Below, in pieces: positions 25,136 through 35,919 of a DNA stretch of 64,000 nt; positions within the stretch are counted from its first letter, which is position 1, and every line of letters begins with the position of its first letter. The notes beneath the pieces were generated by a model. That model was given only the letters and a program-made list of their open reading frames with translations. It was not told the origin of the DNA and made no database searches. The DNA is from an uncultured bacterium (GTDB taxonomy: Bacteria; Krumholzibacteriota; Krumholzibacteriia; LZORAL124-64-63), in the NCBI GenBank assembly GCA_963732385.1, contig CAVSZB010000002.1, positions 218,984 to 282,983 of the forward strand. The letters are read 5' to 3'. A program made the translations under genes and the position numbers.

Positions 25136-26213
25136 TCAGCCCGGGGCGTCGCCCTCGTCGCGGCCCGGGGCGTCGCCCCGGACGAGCAGTGCCAGCAGCC
25201 GGTCCGCGGCCGCGTACGGGTCCAGCTCGTGGCGCACGACCGCGTCGAGGGTGGCGGTCGTCGTGGCGGCGCGATCCCGCGCGAGCAGGCGTCCCCGCAC
25301 GCGGTCGCCAAGGAGGGCCCAGACGAGCGCGGCGGCGCGTGCCCGCCGGACGGGGATCCCCTCGCCGGCGTCACCGAGACCCGCCCGGTGTCGCGCGATC
25401 GCGGCGACGAGCTCGGGAACGCCGTCGCCGGTCGTCGCGGTCGTCAGGAGCACCTCGGGCCGCTTCGGCTCGGGGCGCGGTTCCGGTCCCGCCGGGCCCC
25501 GTGCTCGCCTCGGCGGCGGCCATCGTTCGCGTGAGCCGTGGGCTGGCCGCCGCCGTGAGCATCGCCCGCAGCTCCGCCGCCGTCCGCTGGGCGCCGGGCC
25601 GGTCGCCCTTGTTGACGACGACGATGTCGGCCACCTCGAGGAGCCCGGCCTTGATCGCCTGGACCTCGTCGCCCATCTCGGGCGCCTCGAGGACGACCGT
25701 CGTGTCGGCCGCCGCGGCCACCTCGACCTCGCTCTGCCCGGTCCCGACCGTCTCGAGGAGGATCACGTCGAACCCGACCGCGTCGAGGACGGTCGCCGCG
25801 GCAACCGAGGACGCCGCCAGCCCGCCGGCGTGGCCTCGCGAGGCCATGCTCCGGATGAAGACGCCGTCGTCGGCCGCGTAGGACTGCATCCGCACCCGGT
25901 CGCCGAGGAGCGCCCCGCCGGTGATCGGCGACGAGGGGTCGACCGCGATGACGGCCACGGACCGGCCGGCGGCCCGCAGCTCCCCGATGAGGGCGGCGAC
26001 GAGCGTGCTCTTGCCGGCGCCGGGCGCCCCGGTGATCCCGACGAGGTGCGCCTGCCCGGCGCGCGGATGCAGCCGCCGAAGGGCCGCCTCCGCGACCGGG
26101 GTGCGGTTCTCGACGGCGGTCAGCAATCGCGCCAGGGAACGGCGATCGCCGGCCACCGCGGCATCGGCCAGCGCCGTCCCCCGCTCGGCCGCCGCCCCCG
26201 CGGGCGCCTCCAC
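25136..26213 (-). CDS. meaB: Methylmalonyl-CoA mutase-associated GTPase MeaB (frameshift near 25460)
   Basis: GITGAPGAGKST, VDPSSPITGGALLGDRVRM, ETVGTGQSE, KAGLLEVAD, NKGD. Confidence 0.93.
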
Positions 26214-26221
26214 CGGCGTCG

Positions 26222-26626
26222 TCAGTCCAGCGCCCGGACGTTGGCGCGGAGGAAGTCAGCCACCTGGCCGATCGTCGTCCCCGGGCCGAAGACGGCGGCG
26301 ACGCCCGCTTCGCGGAGGGCGGCGACGTCGTCGTCCGGGATGATGCCGCCGGCCGTCACGAGGACGTCGTCGAGACCCCTCTCGCGCAGGAGCGCGCAGA
26401 TCCGCGGCACGAGGGTCATGTGGGCGCCCGAGAGGATGGAGAGGCCAACGACGTCGACGTCCTCCTGGAGCGCGGCCGTGACGACCATCTCGGGGGTCTG
26501 GCGGAGGCCGGTGTAGACGACCTCGAAACCCTCGTCGCGGAGGCCGCGCGCGAGCACCTTCGCGCCGCGGTCGTGGCCGTCGAGCCCGGGCTTCGCGATC
26601 AGGACCTTGATGGGTCGCTCGCTCAT
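26222..26626 (-). CDS. Acyl-CoA mutase cobalamin-binding (small) subunit
   Basis: [26 protein letters not shown]. Confidence 0.93.
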   Translation of the reverse strand: MSERPIKVLIAKPGLDGHDRGAKVLARGLRDEGFEVVYTGLRQTPEMVVTAALQEDVDVVGLSILSGAHMTLVPRICALLRERGLDDVLVTAGGIIPDDDVAALREAGVAAVFGPGTTIGQVADFLRANVRALD

Positions 26627-26789
26627 GCCGGGATCATAGCCGCCGGCGGTGTGCCGTGGCCGCCGTGGCCCTCGGGGATGGGGGCGTCTCCCCGCGGCGT
26701 CGCCGGACGAGCCGACGCGGCCGATCGAGCACCTGCCCCTCCTCGCCGTCGCGAGCGAGGAGAGGGGGGTTCGCGCAGCTCCGGGTCGA

Positions 26790-27185
26790 CTACTTGGAGG
26801 TGACGACGACGACCTCGTCCTCGTGGAGGGGGCACGAGAAGATGTAGATCCCGGGCCGCAGGGCAGGGATCGAGTACACCCTCTGGGCGACCCCGTAGAC
26901 GACCTCTCCTTCGAACAGCGGCTCCTCGCCCGGCCGCGGGGGCGTGACGATGATCCCGTGCGGGACCGAGCCGTCCTGGTTGTCGAGCACGAGCGAGAAC
27001 GGCACGCCCGCCTTCACGGAGAGGGCTGACGGCGAGAAGCTGAAGTTCCTGGCGGTGATCGTGTAGGTCGCTCCTGATCCCGATGCCCCGGTCGGGCCGT
27101 CCGACGATGTGATGTCCCCGCATGCGGCCAGCATCACGAGCAGAAGGGCAATGGCGAGGACGCGGCCGCGTCGTTGCGGGATCAT
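26790..27185 (-). CDS. Cupredoxin-domain lipoprotein
   Basis: LAAC lipobox, F.P..L.VKAG, N.D..VPH, PG.Y.F.CPLH. Confidence 0.8.
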   Translation of the reverse strand: MIPQRRGRVLAIALLLVMLAACGDITSSDGPTGASGSGATYTITARNFSFSPSALSVKAGVPFSLVLDNQDGSVPHGIIVTPPRPGEEPLFEGEVVYGVAQRVYSIPALRPGIYIFSCPLHEDEVVVVTSK

Positions 27186-27248
27186 GCTGACTCCTTGGCA
27201 GCTCGCGAGACACGACCGGCGGAGCGCCTCCCCGCGGCGTCGCCCACG

Positions 27249-27449
27249 TCAGTGGCGCTTGCGGAGGCCGTAGTCGTACGGCTGCATGCCCCGCATCCCG
27301 GCAACGGGGGTATCGGCTGCCTCCTCGTGCGCGCGGCGCACCTCCGCCTCGTGCTCGGCCCAGTGCAGCTCACGGTCCGTGTCGTGGGGCCGGTGCAGGA
27401 GCTCGTCGAGCCCGTGCCGCAGGCGCTCCACGACCGACGGCGTCGTCAT
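27249..27449 (-). CDS. Small hypothetical protein
   Basis: SD GGAGG before MTTPSVVERLRHG; GC3-biased codons. Confidence 0.6.
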   Translation of the reverse strand: MTTPSVVERLRHGLDELLHRPHDTDRELHWAEHEAEVRRAHEEAADTPVAGMRGMQPYDYGLRKRH

Positions 27450-27518
27450 CGCGGGTACCTCCACGCATCATCGTCGCCGCGGCCGCCCTGCCGTCATGGG
27501 CCGAACGGCGCGAAGGGG

Positions 27519-29264
27519 TCACCCGTCGCGCACGATCCACGTGACGAGCGCGGGCCCGCCGTCCGGGCGGTACTCGAGGGTGATGCGGCCTTCCGCGGGC
27601 ACCTCGGCGACGATGAACACCGGCTGGCTGGAGAAGTCCGGTGGGACCTGCACGATCTCGGGGTACGAGGCGACGTTCGGCCAGCCGGGCGGGACGACGT
27701 AGCCGTTGCCCTCCCGCCGGTATTCGAGCTCCTTCAACCTCTCGCCATCGGGCCCGAGCACGACCCACTCGGCCGGATCGACGAGGAACGTCCCGCTGCC
27801 GGGCCCGAACGAGCGCCGCACCTCGAGGTAGGCGTCACCGCTCGCCGGGACGACACCGGTGTAGCGGGGGACCTGCTCGACCCCGTCAACCACCACGCTG
27901 GTCGTGCCGCCCGCCGCCGCGAGCACCACCCGCTCGCCAAGGCGCGCCGCACCCTCGGTCGGCGTCGCGGCAGGGTCCGACGAGGGCGCCGGCGAGCGCC
28001 ATGGCCACGAGGACGTCCCCTCGCGCACCAGGAACGCGAACTCGGTCACCCGCGTGCCGTCTCCACTCGGGTGCGCCAGCTGCACATCCACCGTCACCCG
28101 GCCGTCGCCGGTTGGGATCGTCCAGGCCATGGTGCCGCGATACCGCCAACCCGGCCCCGGGTTGAGTGCGCTGGTCAGGACGGCTCCGGGCATCCTGTCG
28201 TACATCATCGTGTCCGCGAGAGACGTACGGTCGGCGTACATGGCTCGCACCGGATCGTGCCCGGGAAGGAACGACGCGATCGTCCCGTACCGGAGGACCT
28301 CGACCTCGACCTCGGCAAGCAGGATGGTGCCGCCACTCCACAGATCGGCGTCGGGCCGGTAGTCGGGGAACCGCTCGCAGAAGCGGGCGTCCGAGACGCG
28401 GATGAGGGCGCCCGGCGACCCATCTGGGGCCGCGAGAATGCCGGTCGCTCCGAGCGCCAGGATGCCCGTCGACGGCGTCGCGCCGGGGGCCACCGGCTCG
28501 AAGCTCGGCCGGGCCGGCTCCGCCGACGGCTGGAGGCTCGCGAGCGCGTAGTCCTCGAGCGTCGGGCAGCGGCCCTCGAGGGGTGGCATCGAGGGTGGTG
28601 GGGGCATGCGATGGACCGCATACCGGAACGTGACGTGGCTTCCCGAGCCGAGGTAGCCGAGGTCGACGTGCTCGCTCTCGCCGGCCGCGATGACCACCGT
28701 GGTCGACACTTCGGTTCCGATGGGCGCGCCGGCCGGGATCGCCAGCGGGTCCGGGGCGCTCACGCCGACGCCAGGCGCCTCCGCGCGGCCGCTCCGGATG
28801 ACGATGAAGCGGTCGATCCCGAAGGCACGGTCGAGACGGCCGATGAGGCGCACCTCGATCGTCACGCCGACCCCGTCGCCTCCCCGCGTCGCGGCCGGCG
28901 ACACGCGGACCAGGAGCGCCGGCTCGCCGTACGCCGTGGCCACGGCGACCCGCCCGAGGGCGATCTGACCGGTGGTCGGCGTCGCGTCCGGCGCGAGGAC
29001 GCTCGGCCACGGCTCGATCGTCGCCGGCGGTGTCGTGGCGACCGGAACGTCGCGCGAAGCAACGGCGAGGACGGCGATCGCGACGACACCTACCCCCGCC
29101 GCCACGAGGAGGGCGGCCGTTCGCCAGCGGGATGGCGCTCCCCGGCCGGCGGCGATCTGCCGGGCGACCGGCGCGTCGGCCCAGCGCGGATGCGGGCCGT
29201 GGACCGGGTCCAGGTCGGCGGCGAGGGCGGCCCGCAGGTCGCGCTCGAGGCGCTGCTCAGCCAT
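27519..29264 (-). CDS. Putative anti-sigma/membrane sensor with three repeated extracellular beta-rich domains
   Basis: Overlaps the sigma gene end; short N-terminal domain LERDLRAAL, a TM helix and a long extracytoplasmic part. Confidence 0.65.
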   Translation of the reverse strand: MAEQRLERDLRAALAADLDPVHGPHPRWADAPVARQIAAGRGAPSRWRTAALLVAAGVGVVAIAVLAVASRDVPVATTPPATIEPWPSVLAPDATPTTGQIALGRVAVATAYGEPALLVRVSPAATRGGDGVGVTIEVRLIGRLDRAFGIDRFIVIRSGRAEAPGVGVSAPDPLAIPAGAPIGTEVSTTVVIAAGESEHVDLGYLGSGSHVTFRYAVHRMPPPPSMPPLEGRCPTLEDYALASLQPSAEPARPSFEPVAPGATPSTGILALGATGILAAPDGSPGALIRVSDARFCERFPDYRPDADLWSGGTILLAEVEVEVLRYGTIASFLPGHDPVRAMYADRTSLADTMMYDRMPGAVLTSALNPGPGWRYRGTMAWTIPTGDGRVTVDVQLAHPSGDGTRVTEFAFLVREGTSSWPWRSPAPSSDPAATPTEGAARLGERVVLAAAGGTTSVVVDGVEQVPRYTGVVPASGDAYLEVRRSFGPGSGTFLVDPAEWVVLGPDGERLKELEYRREGNGYVVPPGWPNVASYPEIVQVPPDFSSQPVFIVAEVPAEGRITLEYRPDGGPALVTWIVRDG

Positions 29265-29823
29265 GCCGGACCTCCTGGACGGGGATCGTCGCAGCGTCGG
29301 GACGGACCAGCTCGCGCTGGAGCCGCTCGAGCGCGCGGTGGAGGATCACGCCGACGTTGTTCGCGTTCGTCCCGAGGATCGAGGCGACCGTCGCGTAGTC
29401 GAGATCGTGGTAGTAGCGCAGGACGACGGCTGCCCGGTCGCGGGGCTCGAGCGCGGCAAGGGCGCCGTCGAGCGCCAGGTGGTCGGTCGCCCGGCGGACG
29501 TCGTCGGCTGCGGCCGCCGTCGGGCCCGCCACGTCGAGGGCAACGAGCCGGGGCCGCGGGCGCCGTGCCTCGGTCATCGCCCGGTTGACGACGATCCTCA
29601 GGAGCCAGGCCTGCGCGGGGGCGTCGCCGCGAAAACGTCCGCGTCCGCGGTAGGCAGCCAGGTACGCCTCCTGGACCGCGTCGGCCGCCGCGCCGCGGTC
29701 GCGCAGGATCGCCCATGCGGTCCGGTAGGCGGCCGGGTACGTGCGCTCGTAGAAGGAGCCGAAGTCGTCCAGCTCCGCCCGGAACGCCATCCGATCCTCC
29801 ACGAGGGCCAGCGTCGTGCCCAT
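29257..29823 (-). CDS. ECF RNA polymerase sigma factor
   Basis: AADAVQEAYL..Y, WLLRIVVN, RAAVVLRYYHDLDYATVA..LHRAL. Confidence 0.92.
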   Translation of the reverse strand: MGTTLALVEDRMAFRAELDDFGSFYERTYPAAYRTAWAILRDRGAAADAVQEAYLAAYRGRGRFRGDAPAQAWLLRIVVNRAMTEARRPRPRLVALDVAGPTAAAADDVRRATDHLALDGALAALEPRDRAAVVLRYYHDLDYATVASILGTNANNVGVILHRALERLQRELVRPDAATIPVQEVRHG

Positions 29824-29895
29824 CTCGACAATACGGACGCTGCCCGCGGTCCGCTTCTTACACGGACCCGCCGCGCGCCGGAAGGGCCGAGTGGG

Positions 29896-30609
29896 TCAGG
29901 CGCCCGGGGCCGGCCGCTGGAGGTGGGCCAGGAACTCGGCGCGGGTCTTGTCGTTGGCCCTGAAGATCCCGAGGACGTGGCTCGTCGTCATGACCGTGCC
30001 CGGCTTGCGGACGCCGCGCATGACCGCGCAGAGGTGCGTCGCCTCGATGACGACACCGACGCCCTGCGGCCGGAGGTGCCTCATGAGGAAGTCGGCGATC
30101 TGCGACGTCAGCCGCTCCTGGACCTGGAGCCGGCGGGCGTACATCTCGACGATCCGGGGGATCTTCGAGAGGCCGACGACCCGGCCGTCCGGGATGTAGG
30201 CGACGGCCGCGGTCCCGAAGAACGGCAGGAGGTGGTGCTCGCAGAGGCTGTAGAAGGGGATCTCCTTGACGACCACCATCTCCGAGTAGTCGACGTCGAA
30301 GATCGCCCCGTTCATCAATCGTGCCGGGTCGACGTGATAGCCGGCGGTCAGCTCGGCGTACATCCGGTGCATGCGGCCGGGCGTGCCGGCGAGCCCCTGG
30401 CGGTCCGGGTCCTCGCCGATCTCGCGGAGGATCTCCCGCACGGCAGCCTCGACGCGACCGTTCGGCTGCCCGGCGTGACTCCGGGCGCCGCCCTCGATCG
30501 CGGCGGCGGAGACGAGCGCATCGGGGTCGGGTCGTGGCTCCTCGCCGATCTCGGTCTCGATCTCGTCGACGATCGTGCGGACGTGCTCGGGAAGCGGCTG
30601 ACCGGTCAT
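29896..30609 (-). CDS. folE: GTP cyclohydrolase I
   Basis: [43 protein letters not shown]. Confidence 0.96.
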   Translation of the reverse strand: MTGQPLPEHVRTIVDEIETEIGEEPRPDPDALVSAAAIEGGARSHAGQPNGRVEAAVREILREIGEDPDRQGLAGTPGRMHRMYAELTAGYHVDPARLMNGAIFDVDYSEMVVVKEIPFYSLCEHHLLPFFGTAAVAYIPDGRVVGLSKIPRIVEMYARRLQVQERLTSQIADFLMRHLRPQGVGVVIEATHLCAVMRGVRKPGTVMTTSHVLGIFRANDKTRAEFLAHLQRPAPGA

Positions 30610-30737
30610 GGCGGCATCGTAGCCCGCGGCGGGCCGACCGGCATCGCCCAGCGGCCCAACCGGCCCTTGCCGGGTGCCGCGGGCCGCCCGACGCTCACCC
30701 TGCTCCGGTGTGTCCCGCACCGGGAGGGAGGACTGCC

Positions 30738-31244
30738 ATGCGTCTCCACCTGCGCCGGCCCTGGCTGGCCGGCCTCGTTGTCGGCCTCCCCATCGCCGCG
30801 GCCGCCTTCGTCGTCGTCGAGCTCCTCCCCTCGCTCCGCGACATCGGGCCCGCGGTCGGCCCGGCCGCCGCAGTCGGGATCGTCGTCGCCTCCATCGTCA
30901 TGGCCGAGCTCGCCGCGCACCGCCACGTCCGACCCTGGCTGGCGGTCGTCGCCTGGATCGGCGTCGCCCACGCGATGGCCTCGATCATCGTCGTCGGTGC
31001 CGCGATCACGGAGACGGAGGCCGGAACCCTGGCGGCATCGGTCGGTGTCCTCTTCGGGCTCGTCCTCGTCATCCTGACGATGGCGGTTCCCTGGGTGATC
31101 GGCGGCATCGCCTGGTTGTACGCGGTTCGTCGGGTCTCGGGATCGGCCGAGGTTCCTGCGACGACGCCGGAAGGTGTCGCTCAGGCCGGTGGTTCGAACC
31201 CGGCCGAGGTCAGCACCGCGGAGGCCACCACCCCGGGCTCGTAG
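30738..31244 (+). CDS. Hypothetical membrane protein
   Basis: SD GGAGG; four to five hydrophobic segments. Confidence 0.65.
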   Translation: MRLHLRRPWLAGLVVGLPIAAAAFVVVELLPSLRDIGPAVGPAAAVGIVVASIVMAELAAHRHVRPWLAVVAWIGVAHAMASIIVVGAAITETEAGTLAASVGVLFGLVLVILTMAVPWVIGGIAWLYAVRRVSGSAEVPATTPEGVAQAGGSNPAEVSTAEATTPGS

Positions 31245-32171
31245 CGGACGAGGTTGTGGCCGCGATCGGGGAACGCGGCCGCGCGGATCGCCGATCGCCC
31301 GGTCGCGGCCCGCCGGCCCGCCACGTCGCGGAGCGCCGCCAGGCGCGACCCGTCCACCTCGTCGCGGGCCGCGAGCGCCACGATGCGGGCCGCGACGAGG
31401 GGCAGCACCGCGCCGGGCTCGTACGCCCACATGGCCCCGACCGATGCCCGCAGCGCATGCCCGTGGATCGCGAGCTTGACGCGGCCGGCGGCCGTCTCGA
31501 CGACCTGGGCCCGCGCCGCCCGCTCCTGGTCGGCGTCCCAGGTGGCCGGGTCGAACGCCTCCCGGTCGGCGAGCCACGCCGCCATCGAGGCAAGCACCTC
31601 GGGGGGCTCCTCGATCGTCGCCAGCCACTCGTCCGGCGTCGCCTCGGTCGCCGCGGCGAGGTCCTCCCAGCCGCCGTCGACGAGCACCAGCCCGGCGCAC
31701 CGGTCACCCAGGGCGTTCGCCGTCCAGGCGGCGACGATCGCGCCGTAGCCGATGCCCCCGACCACCAGGGGTCCGCCCGGGCGCTCCCCCGAGAGCGCGA
31801 GGAGGCCGGCCCCCTCGGCGACCGCGATGGCGTCGCCGGCCAGCTGGTCCGGCTCGTACCCGGAGGTCGGCGCATCGGAGAGACCGTGCCCGCGGAGGTC
31901 CATCGCCACGACCCGCCGGTCCCTCGCCAGCCGTCGGGCCACCGGCGCCCAGGTCCACGCCGTCTGGGCGAGGCCCGGGATCAGCAGCACGCCGGGGACG
32001 CTCGCGGGGCGGCGCGGGGACGGCCCGGCTGCGTCGGGATCCCAGTCGAGGAAGTGGATCCGGACCGCGTCGTCCACCTCGACGAGGAACCCGGCGGGCT
32101 CTGCCGCGGGGTCTGGCGGCGGGTCGGGGAAGGTCCGGGGGCGCCAGGCCCGGCCCGCTGACGAGGTTCAT
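31181..32171 (-). CDS. Alpha/beta hydrolase fold protein (indel near start)
   Basis: RIHFLDW, LLIPGL..TAWTW, DLRGHGLS, LVLVDGG, GHN; nucleophile elbow reads GIGYG. Confidence 0.85.
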
Positions 32172-32193
32172 CGCGCCGTACGATACCGCCGCC

Positions 32194-32622
32194 ATGTCGA
32201 AGCGCCGTCGCGGGATCCCGGCCGCCGAGCTCGCCGCCCTGCGGCGACGTCGGGCTGCCCGTCACGTCCATTTCGAGGATCTCGTCGACCGCGCCGTCGC
32301 GGGGATCCCGATGCCGTTCGCGGCCGCCCTGGACGAGGTGGCGATCGTCATCGCCGACGAGCCGTCGCCATCCCAGCGCCGGGAGAACGAGCTCGATCCC
32401 GACGACACGCTGTACGGGCTGTACGAGGGCACGCCGCGAACCGCCTGGGGAGCGGACGACGTCCCGCTCCCGAACACGATCACGATCTTCCGCCTGCCGC
32501 TCGAGGAAGACTTCGCCGACCCGCTCGACCTCGAGGACGAGGTCCGGATCACGGTCATCCACGAGCTGGCCCACCACCTCGGCATCGACGACGACCGCCT
32601 CGAGGAGCTGGGCGTCGACTGA
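32194..32622 (+). CDS. Zincin-like metallopeptidase family protein
   Basis: LYGLYEG.P, ITIFR.P, TVIHELAHHLGI. Confidence 0.88.
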   Translation: MSKRRRGIPAAELAALRRRRAARHVHFEDLVDRAVAGIPMPFAAALDEVAIVIADEPSPSQRRENELDPDDTLYGLYEGTPRTAWGADDVPLPNTITIFRLPLEEDFADPLDLEDEVRITVIHELAHHLGIDDDRLEELGVD

Positions 32623-32711
32623 CTCGTGCGAGCCGGTGGCCCACGCGGCGGGTCGGCCCGCAGGCGGGTGGGGTCCCCGGGCGGGGCGAGGCCCGCCGCT
32701 GCCGGGGCGCT

Positions 32712-33750
32712 TCAGATCCCCGGCAGCGGAGCGGCCGCCGCGAGGAGCTCGCCGAGTCGCGCGACCTCGACGTTCCCGCCGGAGAAGACGACGCAGACCC
32801 GCTCGCCGTCACGGAACGGGACCCGGCCGTAGCAGGACCGCCGCCAGCGCGGCGGCACCGGCCGGTTCCAGGACCTGCTTCATCCGCTCGGCAGCGAAGC
32901 GGAGGCCGGCGAGGATCTCCGCGTCCCCGAGGAGGACGATGTCGTCGAGAGACTGCCGTCCGAGCGCGATCGTCGTGTCGCTGGCGAACGGGGCGTTGAG
33001 GCCGTCGGCGACGCTCGCCGGGCGAATCGGGACGGGGATGCCCGCGGCGATCCCGAGGGCCAGCGCGTTCGACGTGCGCGGCTCGACGCCGTAGACCCGG
33101 GCAGCGGGCCGGCGGCCTTTCACGGCCGCCGCGACGCCGCAGGCGAGGCCGCCCCCGCCGACCCCGACGACCACGACGTCGACCTCCGGCAGGTCCTCGA
33201 CGATCTCGAGCCCGACGGTCCCCTGCCCCGCCATCGTGGCCGGGTGGGCGAACGGGTGGACGAAGGTGAGCCGTCGTTCGCTGCGGATCCGCTCCATCGC
33301 GGCCCAGGCCTCCGCCGTGTCCTCGCCCTCCAGGATCACCTCGGCGCCATAGCCGCGGCACGCCTCCACCTTCGATCGGACGGCGGTCACGGGCATGACG
33401 ACGACGGCGTGGACCCCGAGCAGCCCGGCGGCCACGGCGACGGCGGCGGCGTGGTTGCCGGCCGAGATCGCGATCACGCCGGCGCCCCGCTCGGCGGACG
33501 TCAGGCCGGCAATCCGGAACGATGCCCCACGGACCTTGTACGAGCCGGTCCTCTGGAGGTGCTCCGCCTTGGCGTACAGTCGGCCGTCGCCGAGCCGCGT
33601 GCCCGTGGCCGCCTCGACGACCCGCGCGGCCGTCGTCGACGCGAGCAGGGGCGTCCGCTCGACCTTCCCGGCGAGGAATGCGGCTGCCTCTACGATCCGC
33701 TCGAGCGGAAGGGCGGGGGGCGGGTCGACCGGCGGGTGGGTCGAGCCATC
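32712..33750 (-). CDS. Threonine/serine dehydratase (PLP; frameshift near C-terminus, start approximate)
   Basis: KAEHLQRTGSYKVRGA, SAGNH, GGGGL, EPAGA, SGGN. Confidence 0.9.
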
Positions 33751-33863
33751 GCCGCAGTATCGCAGCCGCCGGCCTGCGTCGGGACCCTGTGCGAGGCGCC
33801 GCCCTCGCGCTATCCTCGGCGGAGCACCCAACCCTTGCGCGACCGCAGACCGGAGGCCTCCCG

Positions 33864-34484
33864 ATGCCCGGCTTCACGCCGTTCACCCGGAACTACACCG
33901 ACCTCTCCGACGAGAACGGCTACCAGTTCGAGTTCCGCTGCGACGTGTGCGGCTCGGGGTATCGGAGCGAGTTCATCCGCTCGAAGCTCGGCACGGCCGG
34001 CAGCGTGCTCTCGGGCGCCAGCAACCTCCTCGGCGGCCTGTGGGGCGCGTCGAACGCCGTCAACAGCGCCCGGGACTTCGTCGATCGCGATGCCCGCGAC
34101 GAGGCCCTCGAGAAGGCCGCCAACGAGATCATGCCGCTCTTCACCCGCTGCGTCGGCTGCCACAACTGGGTGGACGAGACCTGCTTCAACCGCGACCGCA
34201 ACCTGTGCACGGGCTGCGCACCCAACCTGGCCGCCGAGCTGGAGCGCGAGCGCGCCAGCGTCGAGATCAACCAGATGCGGGACGCGATCCGGGACGAGAC
34301 CGTCTTCTCCGGCGACACGTCGGCGCGCCGGACGGTCTGCCCCACGTGCGACAAGCCGGTCGGGTCCGAGAAGTTCTGTGCCAACTGCGGGACGCGCCTC
34401 GGCACGGCCCACTGCACCGATTGCGGCGCGGAGCTGCCCACGGGGGCGAAGTTCTGCGGCAACTGCGGGACGAAGGCCGGCTGA
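33864..34484 (+). CDS. Multi-zinc-ribbon protein
   Basis: SD GGAGG; CDVC, CVGC, CTGC, CPTC, CANC, CTDC, CGNC. Confidence 0.85.
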   Translation: MPGFTPFTRNYTDLSDENGYQFEFRCDVCGSGYRSEFIRSKLGTAGSVLSGASNLLGGLWGASNAVNSARDFVDRDARDEALEKAANEIMPLFTRCVGCHNWVDETCFNRDRNLCTGCAPNLAAELERERASVEINQMRDAIRDETVFSGDTSARRTVCPTCDKPVGSEKFCANCGTRLGTAHCTDCGAELPTGAKFCGNCGTKAG

Positions 34485-34497
34485 GCCGGCCCGCCCG

Positions 34498-35877
34498 ATG
34501 GCCGCCGACTCCAACCTGGCCACCTACCAGGGCCAGATCCGGGTTCCGGGCGCCGAGGCCGCGGCCGGCAGCGTCACGCTGGACGCGTCGGCCGCCATCG
34601 TGGCGCGCGACGGCATGCCGCCGCGGACGCTCGCCTATCGCGACATGGCGGTCCTCGCGATCGCCGACGGCGTCGGCCTCGTCGCCACGGGACCCGGGCC
34701 CGACGAAGAGCGCTGGCTCCTCGAGAAGATGGGGGCGGCCGCCGGGCCCGTGATCGCGGCCCTCCGCGAGCGCCGTCTCCGCCAACGCCTCGCCGACGCG
34801 TTCGTCACGCTGCCGCCCAGCGAGCCGGTGGAGCTCGTGGAGTACGCGGGTGATGGCCTGCCCGGCACCGCGGGCGAGTCGGCGGCCGTCTCGGCGAGCG
34901 TGGAGTCGGCCGAGGCGGAGCGTGGCGTTGCCCAGCTCGCGGTCGACGGCTGGGGCGCGACGCTCGCCCCGCTCGACGAGCGGCTCCCCGCGCGACGGAT
35001 CCGCCGCGCCGAGATCCGGACCGTGGAGCTCCTGCCCCAGGTCGGCGGCCTCCGGATCGCGACGCCCGTCGAAAGCCTCCGCCTCCTGCGTCTCGGGGCG
35101 GCTGCGGCGCGCCACCGGGCCCGCCTCGTCGAGCTTCCCGCGGCCGCCCACCGCGATGCGGGTGCGATCGTCGCGGCGCTGGCGCCCGATCTCGCTCCAG
35201 CGGATGCCGCCCGGGCAGCCGCGGCCCTCGTCGACGGGCGACCCGCCGCCCCGGCCGACCTCGGCGACGCCTGGGACGCCCTCGAGCGCGGCGTCCTCCG
35301 CGAGCCCGCATTCGCCGCGTCGTACCTCACGCTGCGGGATCGGGCCGGCGGTGCCGCTGCCCTTCGCTGGCTCGCGCTTGCCCCCGAGCGGCCGGGCGCC
35401 CCGGAGAGCCACCGGGCGTGGTTCCTCGTGGCCCTCCCCGGTAACCTCGTCGCGCTCGAGCTCGTGAGCGAAGGCGCGCACGCGACGTACTGCTTCCGGA
35501 CGCTTCCCCGCGCCGTGTACGCAGCCGGCGCTGATCCGGCGGCGATCGACGCCGCCGCGGCTGGGGCCGCCGTCGCCCGGATCTCGGCTGCGCTCGTCGA
35601 CGCGCGCTTCCTCCGCGAGCCGATCGCGCTCCCCGACGACCAGCTCGCGACGCCCGAGGGCATTCGCTACCGGCTCGCGCTGCGGGCGATCCCGTCGCTG
35701 GCCGCCGCCCGCCGCGACTTCGTCGCACGCATCGTCCACCGCACCGAGGAGAGCTGGGCCGCGGCGCTCGACGACCTGATCGCCTGGCACGGGTCCTGTC
35801 GTGACGAGGCGATGGCCTGGCCCGGCCGGTCTGCCGAGGAGGCGCAGGTCGCCGCGTCGGGCGGAGGCGCCGGATGA
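34498..35877 (+). CDS. Hypothetical protein, possibly two tandem PH-like domains plus a helical C-terminal domain
   Basis: 459-aa ORF with GC3 bias, co-oriented between two zinc-ribbon genes. Confidence 0.75.
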   Translation: MAADSNLATYQGQIRVPGAEAAAGSVTLDASAAIVARDGMPPRTLAYRDMAVLAIADGVGLVATGPGPDEERWLLEKMGAAAGPVIAALRERRLRQRLADAFVTLPPSEPVELVEYAGDGLPGTAGESAAVSASVESAEAERGVAQLAVDGWGATLAPLDERLPARRIRRAEIRTVELLPQVGGLRIATPVESLRLLRLGAAAARHRARLVELPAAAHRDAGAIVAALAPDLAPADAARAAAALVDGRPAAPADLGDAWDALERGVLREPAFAASYLTLRDRAGGAAALRWLALAPERPGAPESHRAWFLVALPGNLVALELVSEGAHATYCFRTLPRAVYAAGADPAAIDAAAAGAAVARISAALVDARFLREPIALPDDQLATPEGIRYRLALRAIPSLAAARRDFVARIVHRTEESWAAALDDLIAWHGSCRDEAMAWPGRSAEEAQVAASGGGAG

Positions 35878-35919
35878 TGGACCGTCCCGCCGCGACCCTG
35901 GCGACCTGAGGAGCCCTGG

